A DNA stretch of 64,000 bases from positions 123,442,001 through 123,506,000 of the forward strand of contig CM075977.1 of the NCBI GenBank assembly GCA_038087875.1. The letters are read 5' to 3'. The DNA comes from Malacoraja senta (Eukaryota). Below are positions 40,114 to 51,152 of the stretch, piece by piece; within the stretch, counting starts at the first letter, position 1; each line of letters begins with the position of its first letter. The position numbers were made by a program, and so were the translations under genes. Below the pieces are notes generated by a model that was not told the DNA's origin, did no database searches, and worked only from the letters and a program-made list of their open reading frames with translations.

Positions 40114-40979
40114 TTATTCCAAACAATACCCAAAAGTCAAGATTAAGCGTCCCATAAGCACTACCTGAGTGTGTGTGGAGGGGGGGGGGGGGGAATTGGC
40201 ATTACAAAATGTCTCCATTCTAACGTGTATGAATTCTGATTTAGCACAATTATCTGTCCCATCCTACTACTGTTGCAGTAGAGCCAGCACATATTTAAAT
40301 AATGTACCCATTGGCATCCTTTTTCAAAACCTAGCTTAAATTTGTTTTTAACTAGGCATAACTGTATTTCACATTTCGAGCATAAAATCATACCAAGGAA
40401 TTGACTAGTCTGCACTACCTTGACTAGTCTGTACTTTAAAAGTAAATGATAAAGCCTATAAATTATTAAAGCGACGCCCCATAATAATTGAGTCTCACCA
40501 AAGTTATAGTTCATAAAACTTACAATGCAATATTGCTCACAAAATAGCACACATTCCAAATAAAATTTGACAACAACCACATGGAAATAGTTTTAAAAAC
40601 TGAACAAAAACTTGTTCAAACAGTTAGATTGTTAAGGAATCCCTTAAAGGGAACCAAAATTAAGAGACATTGAGAGGTTTAGGAAGGCTTATTACTAGAA
40701 TGGAGCAATAGAAAAATGCACACATCCCAGCAGATGGTAACGTTGGAGATTACAAATACTGAGCAAATTAAGGACATGGAGAGACCTGGACAAAGATGAG
40801 AATCAATAATACATTGTTGCTCTAATAATCGACATTAAGCAGTAAAAAAGTAGCTAAATAGATATCATCATAAGTTTGGAATGGTCACATCTAGAGTGAG
40901 GAAGGGATGTCTGAAGGAGGGAAGTGTGAAGGTTTTCAGTAGTAGATGTAGTAATGAAGATGGGTGATCTCATAGCAGA

Positions 40980-41133
40980 AGATAGACACAAAATGCTGGA
41001 GCAACTCAGCAGGACAGGCAGCATCCCTGGAGGGAAGGACTGGGTGACGTTTCGGGTCGAGAATTCTGGAGAGATTCCAGTATTTTGTGTCAATCTTCGG
41101 TATAAACCAGCATCTGCAGTTCCTTCCTATACA
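40980..41133. mobile_element. Inverted (foldback) Penelope-derived mini-element with 14-bp TSD
   Basis: TSD gatctcatagcaga at 40966-40979 and 41134-41147; two oppositely oriented terminal-repeat pieces. Confidence 0.85.
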
Positions 41134-41654
41134 GATCTCATAGCAGATATGTGTTGTATAGCTCATCTTGTGTTCATATAAAAGATGATCTATACCAAGC
41201 TACAAACAATCCACTCATAGGTTTCCTTCTCCAGTTATATCTCTACATCTAGTGGGGGGAGGGAGACCATGTGTTTAAGATTTTCTTTGACCTTTGTTTA
41301 AGTTCTTATTGATTTGAGATTCAGAAGAAATATATGTGACACGCCAACTGATTTATCATCTCCTCCTGACAGCGTGGCTGAGATTAGGAGTTAAATATTG
41401 ACAAAAACAAAACTGTGCCCAGACCTATTCAGCACACAATGTACAGGAACAGGCCCTCACCCCACAATGTCTGTGCCAAGCACGATGCCGTTAAACTGAT
41501 ACCCTCTGCCCAGTCCTATTTAGCGCTCAGTGTACAGAAACAAGCCCTTCAGATCACATTGTCAGTGCCGAACATGACGCCGTTAAACTCTCCCCTGCTT
41601 GCATGTGATCCAATAAAATTATTTTTACGTTAACAAAGCTTTGAAATGTCATTG

Positions 41655-41834
41655 AGCAAAACACAAAGTGCTGGAGTAACTCAGTGGTTCAGGCACTTCT
41701 TGAGTCTGAAGAAGGGTCCCAACCCAAAACATCGCCAATTCATTCCCTCCAAAAATGCAGCCTAATCCGCTGAATTACTCCAGCGCTTTGTGTTTTGCTC
41801 AAGATTCCGGCATCTGCAGGTCCTGTGTTTCCAA
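41655..41834 (+). mobile_element. Foldback Penelope-derived mini-element with decayed hammerhead core
   Basis: Inverted arms gagcaaaacacaaagtgctggagtaactcag and ctgaattactccagcgctttgtgttttgctc. Core from 41706. Near-TSD tgaaa(t/a)gtcattg at 41642-41654 and 41835-41847. Confidence 0.8.
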
Positions 41835-41836
41835 TG

Positions 41837-41947
41837 AAAAGTCATTGTACAGTACACCAACAACTGTTTTTATAAAAGTCATTGTACAGTACACTAACAA
41901 CTGTTTTTATAAAAGTCATTGTACAGTACACCAACAACTGTTTTTAT
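41837..41947. repeat. 37-bp tandem repeat, 3 copies
   Basis: aaaagtcattgtacagtacac(c/t)aacaactgtttttat starting at 41837, 41874 and 41911. Confidence 0.95.
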
Positions 41948-44900
41948 AATAGCTTTCCAAGGAACAACATAAAATAATGTCTTGGAAGTGGTACAAGGTT
42001 TCTCTGTTCACCCGAGAGGGCATGGAACATAGAACGTCAAACATAGTGCAGCAGAGTATCAGGCCCTTCAGCCCATGAAGAATGTGCCAACCTTGACTAG
42101 TCTGCACTTTAAAAGTAAATCATAAAGCCTATAAATTATTAAAGCGACGCCCCATAATAATTGAGTCTCACCAAAGTTGTAGTTCATAAAACTTACAATG
42201 CAATATTGCTCTCGAAATCCAATCAAAATCTTCTGACTTGATAACCCACCAGTTAATTGCATCTGACCTGCTTCCCTCCTGAACTGTTCCAGGGTGGCAC
42301 TGAAGATTGGCCCCATTCAACCAACAGATGAATGGAACTGAGCGCCATGACAAATGCCACTAACCAACCACAACAAGACACATCTGCTGCTACGGGTGGA
42401 ATCCTCTGACATTTTCCATATCAATCACTCCCCAGTTTAGCTCTCCTTTTGTTTCAGTACTCCCATTCTTCTAATCCACGGCTTCTCCCTTAAATGCTCC
42501 GAATGTGAATGATGACTTCTCTGGCAGCTGGGACATCACCAGTGCATCCGATGAAAGATGCTACTGCATGCCTCAGGCCGAGCCAGCTCATGCCTGCCAC
42601 CAGATCACATTCCACTGGGCCTCTGACGTGCTGGCTGCAACTCTCTCACAGGCTTGCTGTGATCAAAGGGGAATTTGTATTACAGCACTCTGCAGTTTAT
42701 GAACATTCAGTCAGCATCGTTGAACTAAAAAGTCCGCCCCCAATGTTGTGAATCTGAAACCAAATACTAGAATTCCACACATCACAATAATTGAGACAAT
42801 AATACAACAATCTGTCTTCTTACTGGTTTTGTTTAATTTACTTTATTACTGTCACGTGTACCAAGGTACAGTGAAAAGCTTTTGTTAGTGAGCTATCCAG
42901 TCAAAGAAAATACTTTACATAAATACAATCAAGCCGTTCCACAGTGCGCACTCGGCACAACATTAAGTGCAAAGATATTAAGAAATGCTGCTGTTGAAAT
43001 AGAGATTTAAAAGAGTGGAATGATTGTAATGGATGACAGCAAACCCTCCTCTGGGACCAGCGGCGTGCAAAGAGTCGCCACTCTCCACGCCATCTTGGAC
43101 AGATCTGCACCTTCCTTCCATACACAGTCAGGCAGTTGGAGTAAAATCATTCGGAACGCCAACTAACACCTGTTTTCCTAACATATTATTGTACCATCTT
43201 TCTCAGTAGGTGTTTAGGATCTCCAAGGCCTTAGCCTCTTACTTGAACATCTTGTCAGGATTTAAAATCAGCTGCACCTGTTTGGGGACTAAACCACACA
43301 GCCCAAAATAATCAAAGCCATTCTCTGCCTGCTGTCTACTAAAGACTCACCTCCGCACAGCGCAGCTGTATATCACCCTGCTCTCTGATAAATGTCCCAT
43401 TACCAGCAGGAATTTGCTGAGATAATTATGCCTCTCCAGTTCCCATGAGCAAAACGTAATTTGGCCTTCACAATATTCTCCACAATACGGTGTGCAGATG
43501 GAGATCGTTTTCACTAATTTCGCCGACTTTTGTTCCGAGGCTCAGGGATAAAGTACCACGTCTTGCTCCCATCACATTTTATTCATTTTGCACAGGTGTC
43601 AGTTGATGGCTCCACATCAGAGGGTTCTAACTAATCAATTATTTCTGCTGTAAAAGGTTCGTGTCAATGAGCATGGGTTTAGTACAACACTGAGCAGATA
43701 GTGAGATGGAAATTACAGATATGATTAGAATTTTAAAGAGCACTTCCACAGTCTATTAAAAGTTATTTTAGTTGCTGCCTCCAGCAAGCTTGGTAAAGGC
43801 CTCCATCAATACTTGTCAATTGAACTCTGCAGGACTTTGCTTTAAAATTGCAGAGCATACAAACTGTACAAATACATTTATACAAAGGAAAGAAGGAAAT
43901 CAAAGTATCAGCAGGCTAGATAGAATTTATCCAGGGGCTTTTTGTATCTATGATAAACTTGTTAAATCTCTTCAACTCGCATAACGGTTTGGCTCTTTGC
44001 ACTGTAACTATAACACGTTAATCTTGAATCCATATAGTACAACTGGGCCACATATGAGATTGGTCAGTAACTATTGTAAAAAAGATTGAAAAAAAGATTC
44101 ATTTAAATATATTTGCACATTTGTAATAACATTTGCAAGGTAATTTCACAGAATCACAAGAATTCCCAAGGTTCACTTTTAAATTAAGGATTGATTGCAA
44201 TCAGCTTCTCTCATAAAAAAGGTGCACAGATTTGGCATAGAAATGCTTTTTTTTAAACTATCAGTTAATTAAATTTTGCAATGGAATCAACTGAGGAGTT
44301 ATCAGAAGGAAAAACAGCACAGTGTATGCAAAATACCTCTGATGTGGGTTTTGAACATTGTACTAGTGACTCTGTAAACCACAGAAGGACGCTTTGAAGG
44401 CTTAACCCAGCTAAACGTCTCCTTTGATAGTGACTGTTCTGATTAGGAAAGCAAACAGTTCCCTGAAATGCCAACTGTTCTTTGGTGCTGCAAAATGGAA
44501 ATTGGCCACGAATACTTGATCACACTTTTGCCATATAGAAGAGACAAGATACAAACACATTGAAAGTCAAGTTTTTATTTACTTAATACAATAGACCGTT
44601 TCGCAACAATACATATGATTCAACTGGCATTCTTCGTCCAGATTTGATCTGCCACATTAAAAATTAGTCATGTTTTACCAAGAATTGCATTTCATTTGTT
44701 GACTGAATAAGTGCTTCTGGAAATAGTGAATAAGCAAATCTTCCAGAACTGGCACAACTGAAAGTATCATTAGCCAAAGATGTAGGATAACATATAGTTA
44801 GTTGTGTGCCTTGTTGAGAGTGCTGCTGGCTCCTGTGGAGCTTTTGAATTTAGTTATGCCCAGTTGACATCCTTACCCAAAATCAATTTTGTTTTCTGCT

Positions 44901-44954
44901 CTGACACCAGCAACAGTTTCTCACTTGTCACAATCAATGTTGGGCTTTCATCGA

Positions 44955-45125
44955 GGAGAAAGAGACTGCAGGTGCAAGAATCTGTCACAAAAAAAAGAAA
45001 GAAACTGGAGGAACTCAGCAGGTCAGGCAGCATCTGTGGAGGGTAATGGACAGTCACCGTTTCGGATCGAGACCCCGGACTGAAAGAGTAGAGAAGAAGT
45101 GGCCAGTTTAATTAGGTGGGAGAGA
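44955..45125 (-). mobile_element. Degenerate Penelope-derived terminal-repeat element
   Basis: gactgcaggtgc...ctggaggaactcagcaggtcaggcagcatctgtgg...cgtttcggatcgagaccc. Confidence 0.75.
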
Positions 45126-48100
45126 GGTGGGGAAATAGGCAAGACTACCGTATCTCTCTTAGCAAAGCTTTCTGTGTTCCCTTCCTCTACTGGCCCCATT
45201 TTGCTACATTGACTACATCATAATAGATAAGATTTCTTTTGGCAAAGAACGCAATGAGCATGTTGGCCAGGAGGTTACCAATGAGCAATACACAAAAGTG
45301 CTGGGGAACTCAGCAGGTCAGGAGGTTACCAATGTTGGCTTATTGACAAAATGGACATAGTAGAATAACGAACTCGCCCTTAGGACTGTGATTTGATCTG
45401 TGAGGTGTACATTCGGAGGATATTGATCTGAATGCAGCTGTCAGGAAAGAAGGTTCAGCAACTACCCTCTTCAATATCTATGGGTATTTTCTTGGCATCT
45501 CATGGAAGGAAAAAGTTTCCATCACCATAATCCTCTTGGAAGCAAAGATGACAAGCAACCCTGGCGTACAAGATGAAGTACACAAATAATAAAATGGATA
45601 AATCAAATGGCTCGTATTAAGAGCTTTTGACTGCGAAGCTCTACTACGTGCAGAATGCACAACATTTTCCTTCCCCTACTCAACTCCACCCCCAGAGCTG
45701 CACATATATTTCCATGAAATAAATATTGTACAAACACAATTGGTAGGTGTGTATTATGTAAAAACTAATTAGAAAATGTTACGTGCTTTAGTTTATTTGC
45801 CAACTGTGATTTAAGACCAATAACTGCCCTTTAACTGCTACTGCCAGCATCTGACTGAGGCTAAGCACGTGCATTAACCTCTCCAATGTGAATGAATGTG
45901 TTTATGTGCCAGCGCGTTCATAAAACAAGTCAGTCTCTAACAGAGCGGCACCATGTTGTAATGGCCCTTTCTTCCACACACCAACTGTTCAAACAAACTG
46001 CAGCACCAACACAGCACCAGCATCCTTCACCAAACACAACTCTGACATGGGGTTACAATATTATTCTGGCTCATTAGGAAAGCTCACCCATATTATACCA
46101 AGCCAGTTTCCGAAATTTTCTTGAGAAGCCATCTGGGCATCAATCCCGTTGAGAGGGTTTTGATATTTCAATCTGAGTGTGTCCGATAAATCAAATGCAA
46201 GTCACGTTGGTACATTCATATCCTTCCAAACGATAATGCAGCTGATTTTAATAATGAACCTGAAGCCTCTATTTTATTGCCTTTGTCTATTTCGCTCTCT
46301 GTGTGTAAAACAAAATTAGTCATTCCTATTAATTTGCTTCTTTCCCTGACGGAAAAGCTCAAACTTTGAGGAAGCAGCTGAGAAGCTTTGCAGTCCGGGA
46401 ATAAGGAACCAAACAGCAAGCACATCATCATAGCGAAAAGAGCCAGTGATAAAACAGTATCAGCCAAAAATGACATGAATGCAAATGAAGCTTGCGTGAT
46501 TCAAGCTCACTCGCCTCTTAAATCGAACATGGCCCTGCTGTCATGCGAGAGCAAGGCACCAAAAGGGGACAGTCGGCAGAATTTGCTTTACTTGCGCCAA
46601 TATTTCATCAGTGTCTCAATGCAGCCAGCAGAGACCATTGGAAAGAATTCTATCTCTGTCAAAAAGCACTCCAGTAAAATGCATTTTACCTTACGGGAAA
46701 CCGCACCTAAGAAAATACAATTTACACTTCTTCCATAAAACACTGCAATCTTCCTGCCTTCACAGCTCCCAATAAATGAAAAAAGCCAGAAGAATGAAAA
46801 TGCGTGTGACTTTATTGGTTTCCATTTTTCAGGAGTGCAATACCCCCCAGTTGCATTAAAAATTAGATTAAATTTACTGAGCGTCGGTTAACAGGATTAT
46901 TCCCTTCATTTTTAAAGGACTCATATCATAAAGGACATTTTTAAAAGCCGCCTGCCCTGGCTGATGGAGGTGATAAGGGATCTCTGGAACTAAACAGTAG
47001 ACTGACCAAGTCAGCACCTCCAAAATGGTGCTCATTAAGTGCATTAGCAAAGTGCCATGCAACATGACAAAGGAGTGACAGGGAAAACTGCTTCGAGGCT
47101 GAGGATCCCAACCTGAAAACTGTCAAGAGAACAAAAGACTCACATCTGTGGCTGCCTTATCAGTGCCCTGTGACTCCCAGGAATTCATCTCTGTAGAATT
47201 TCTCATTATTTATCTTATGACCCTATATGCCAAGGGTATTCACAAAACATCATGAAGCTAATAAATTAGTGATGATTGTGGGATTGGTTTGGTGCACACA
47301 GGCAGGATGGCTGAGTCCCAAGCGCAGCATACAGCAAGTCGCCTGTCTTCATCCACTGCCGCTTATCCTCGTGTAACAGAAGCCTTCTCTTGTAAGTGAC
47401 TAAGACACAACCATGCCCTCCAGATGCAGCCATTAACCTATCACTTTAGTCAAGTATAGGCCTCAAAAAAGCCAGCCGGAGAAATCACTCTGTTCAGTGA
47501 ATAGGATTATATTCAGTGAATGATTACATTCAGACTGTGCCCTCTGCTGCCAATCAGCCAATGTTAGGACCATTCTTTCTTCTGATTTAACTCTGTGCCT
47601 GTTAAATTGTAAAGGGATTGATTTGTGTAAAACCAGAGTGTATCAGCTTTTGACTTGGCAGATGCATCTTACATACAGATGAGAAAGAAAGGTCAGATGA
47701 GTGGGAATGAAAGATGACCTAGTGCCACACAGCAAAGCATTCTGGGATCCAGCAGTTCTGCTCCATGTCCCCCATTATTACCTTCTGAGCATTTCTGTTC
47801 CAAGTTGGAGCACGAACCGTCCGACAGTATAAAATAGACACAGCTACAATTGGATGAGTTAGAGAGCCTGGACACAGCACAGTAAAGAGCATCTGTTTCA
47901 GTCTATGACCCAGCAATACCATCCTTATCTCAGATCTTCTGTTAGAAAAGCCACACAGTGTAAAATTAACTTCCAGCATAACCAAACCTATATTGAATGC
48001 ATCGTGTGTTAAATTAAAATGAAAATCAATTAGCATGTATCATTCTCGCATCTCCTCAAGAGGAAATACCTCGACGGTCTTGCCTTATTAACTGTCCTAT

Positions 48101-49025
48101 TCATTTCAACTGACAAAAATCAATCATATCCAACAAGTGCATTAGGCAAAAGGAACAGGAAAAGCAAAGGTCTTGTTATTTCATTCAGGGGTCTGCAGGG
48201 CGGATGGAAGTCAATCAATGCTCAGCTGCTCCCTCAAACTAGAACAAAAGGTTTCTTCGTATTCTTGGCAAAAGGCATTTTAACACAAGGAGCAACATTC
48301 TGCTCCAGGCTCCACATTAGCTAAAGTCTGAGTCACTCTGTAGTTGGAGACTCAAATTCCCATATGACCAGTTCAACCTTTTAGTGAGCTACTTTCCAAA
48401 CTGTCTCACCTTGGTGGGTGAGACAGACAGAGTCTGGTATTTTTAAAGATTCTACATCAGCAAAACCAAATTCTGTACTTTTTCAAAGTATTTGCATGAC
48501 TATGTGCAATTTTGGGCTTTGTAAACAGCTGTCATTCACAGACTATTTGAAAAGGGACAGACGAGTTAAATTCTCAAATGTTACTAATTCAGTTGCTGAT
48601 TATAACAAATGAAAACCCCATAAAAGACTATTTCAAAGTATGCAAATTGCCACTGAAAAGTAAATAGTCTGTTAGGTTTCTATCAAGATAGTAACGATTG
48701 TTCTTATTCAACTTGCAGGTGCTAATTTAAAGCTAGCCCGAGGCAAGTAATTACTTTAATCCTCAAATAATTAAGCCTTTCTTGCTACTTAAAACAAATA
48801 AACAAGTTATGATATTCCAAATTCTTTGAAGATGCTTATCATTCCTTTTAAAGAGTTCATTAAGGTAATTTGGAACACTTCAAGGTGTGGGACAGTATGC
48901 TGAAGAATGGAATATTGGTCACACAACATCTGCATCAAGAAATTTGTAGATGAGATAGGCCATTGCCTAATAGGCAACAAGGCTCCCAGTGCTCTACCTA
49001 TGTGGTTTTTACATTACCTTAGCAC

Positions 49026-49770
49026 AAAGGGGAGATGCAGCGAGACCTGGGTGTCATGGTACACCAGTCATTGAAAGTAGGCATGCAGGTGCAGCAGGCA
49101 GTGAAGAAAGCGAATGGTATGTTAGCTTTCATAGCAAAAGGATTTGAGTATAGGAGCAGGGAGGTTCTAATGCAGTTGTACAGGGTCTTGGTGAGACCAC
49201 ACCTGGAGTATTGCGTACAGTTTTGGTCTCCAAATCTGAGGAAGGACATTATAGCCATAGAGGGAGTGCAGAGAAGGTTCACCAGACTGATTCCTGGGAT
49301 GTCAGGACTTTCATATGAAGAAAGACTGGATAGACTCGGCTTATACTCGCTAAAATTTAGGAGATTGAGAGGGGATCTTATAGAAACTTACACAATTCTT
49401 ATGGGGTTGGACAGGCTAGATGCAGGAAGATTGTTCCCGATGTTGGGGAAGTCCAGGACAAGGGGTCACAGCTTAAGGATAAGGGGGAAATCCTTTAAGA
49501 CCGAGATGAGAAAAACCGTTTTCACACAGAGAGTGGTGAATCTCTGGAACTCTCTGCCACAGAGGGTAGTTGAGGTCAGTTCATTGGCTATATTTAAGAG
49601 GGAGTTAGATGTCGCCCTTGTGGCTAAAGGGATCAGGGGGTATGGAGAGAAGGCAGGTACGGGATACTGAGTTAGATGATCAGCCATGATCATATTGAAT
49701 GGCGGTGTAGGCTCGAAGGGCCGAATGGCCTACTCCTGCACCTATTTTCTATGTATCTATGTATCTATGT
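49026..49770 (+). mobile_element. CR1 (HER1-like) LINE 3' fragment, relatively young (211-aa open frame) with (ATCTATGT)n tail
   Basis: ORF 49035..49670 contains RDLGV..KKANGML..LYRVLVRPHLEYCVQFWSP..RVVNLWNSLP. Confidence 0.95.
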
Positions 49771-50139
49771 AAAGGCACAAGACGTCTCCGAGTGCAATTC
49801 CTGATTTATGCTTGGTTAGGGGGAAAATTCTGTTTGTGATAGCATCTCCATGAAGAATTTGCTTCAACCAGGTGAACCATTTCAAAAGACCCCATATATC
49901 TGACAGACAGGGAAGAATAAAACCAATGGTGAAGGAATTGGTCTGTCATCCAATAACATGCCAACACAAATATGGTGAAGAAATATATTATTTGTAGTAT
50001 GTTAGAAAAGTGCATTAACAATTGTTATAGGGATAACAGTGTGCATTCTGTGTTCACGTTCCAGTCAATTTATAGCTTGAGAAGCAAATTTATTATTGAC
50101 ACAGATTTCACATAAACTGTGCAGGATGCAGCCTGTGTT

Positions 50140-50322
50140 TTGTAAAGTGATGGAGGAACTCAGTAGGTCAGGGGCATCTGTGGCGTGAAACTGTCAGACG
50201 ACGTTTCAAGTCGGGCCTCTTCTTCCCTCCACAGATGTTGTCAGAGATGATACAGAGACCGAGTTCCTCCAGCATTCTTTTTTTACTCAAGATTCCAGCA
50301 TCTGTGGTCTCTTGTTTCTCTG
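50140..50322. mobile_element. Degenerate foldback Penelope-derived element
   Basis: ggaggaactcagtaggtcagg...cgtttcaagtcgg followed by the inverted ccgagttcctccagcatt...gattccagcatctg. Confidence 0.7.
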
Positions 50323-50474
50323 TCCCTCTGCAATTTGTCAGCCAGGAAAATAAAAGCCTCTGTTCTATTCGTACAATGTGGAGCTATTTGTTGCTGATGC
50401 CATTCACAGGCAGTTCTGTTTTCTAATGTTTTCTAATTTTCTAACGTTTACTTTATTTTCCGTTTGACAGCACT

Positions 50475-50955
50475 GTGCCTGTACTCGCCGGAGTTTAGAC
50501 TGAGGGGGGGACCTCCTTGAAACTTATAGAATAATGAAAGACTTGGATAGAGTGGATGTGGAGAGGATGTTTCCACTGGTGCTCATAGCCTGAAGAGGGG
50601 TCTCGACCCGAAACATCACCCATTCCTTCTCTCCAGAGATGCTGCCTGTCCCGCTGAGTTACTCCAGCCTTTTGTGTCTATCCTCAGAATTAAAGGGCAT
50701 TATTTTAGAAAGGAGGTGAGGAGGAACTTCTTTAGTGAGAGGGTGGTGAATCTGTGGGACTCATTGCCACAGAGGGCTGTGGAGGCCAAGTTAGTGGATA
50801 TTTTTAAGGCAGAGATAGACAAATTCTTGATTAGAACGGGTGTCAAGGGTTATGGGGATAAGGCAGGAAAATGGGATGAGGAGGCAGAGATCAGCCATGA
50901 TTGAATGGCGGAGTAGACTCGATGAGCCGAATGGCCTAATTCTATTCCTATAACG
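50475..50955 (+). mobile_element. CR1 3' fragment interrupted by a hammerhead-core Penelope mini-element (about 50590-50682)
   Basis: CR1 catagcct|cagaattaaaggg is split by CTGAAGAGGGGTCTCGACCCGAAACATC...tttgtgtctat. Confidence 0.88.
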
Positions 50956-50978
50956 TGAGCTTGTGAGTTCTCTTACAT

Positions 50979-51152
50979 GTAGAAACAAGGAACTGCAGAT
51001 GCTGGTTTACAAAAGAAGACACAAAATGCTGGAGTGACCCAGCAGGTCAGGCAGCATCACTGTAGAACATTCCGGGTTCCGAAACATCACCTATCCATGT
51101 TCTCCAGGGATGCTGCCTGACCCACTGAGTTACTCCAGTACTTGTGTCTACT
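50979..51152. mobile_element. Foldback Penelope-derived mini-element
   Basis: Arms 51017-51070 and 51097-51149 are imperfect reverse complements. Confidence 0.8.

Noticed and set aside
41837-41947. CRISPR-like 37-bp repeats
   Set aside because: Head-to-tail tandem repeat without unique spacers.
49035-49670. 211-aa ORF as a host gene
   Set aside because: It is the CR1 ORF2 C-terminus, 5'-truncated and followed by the CR1 3'UTR and tail.
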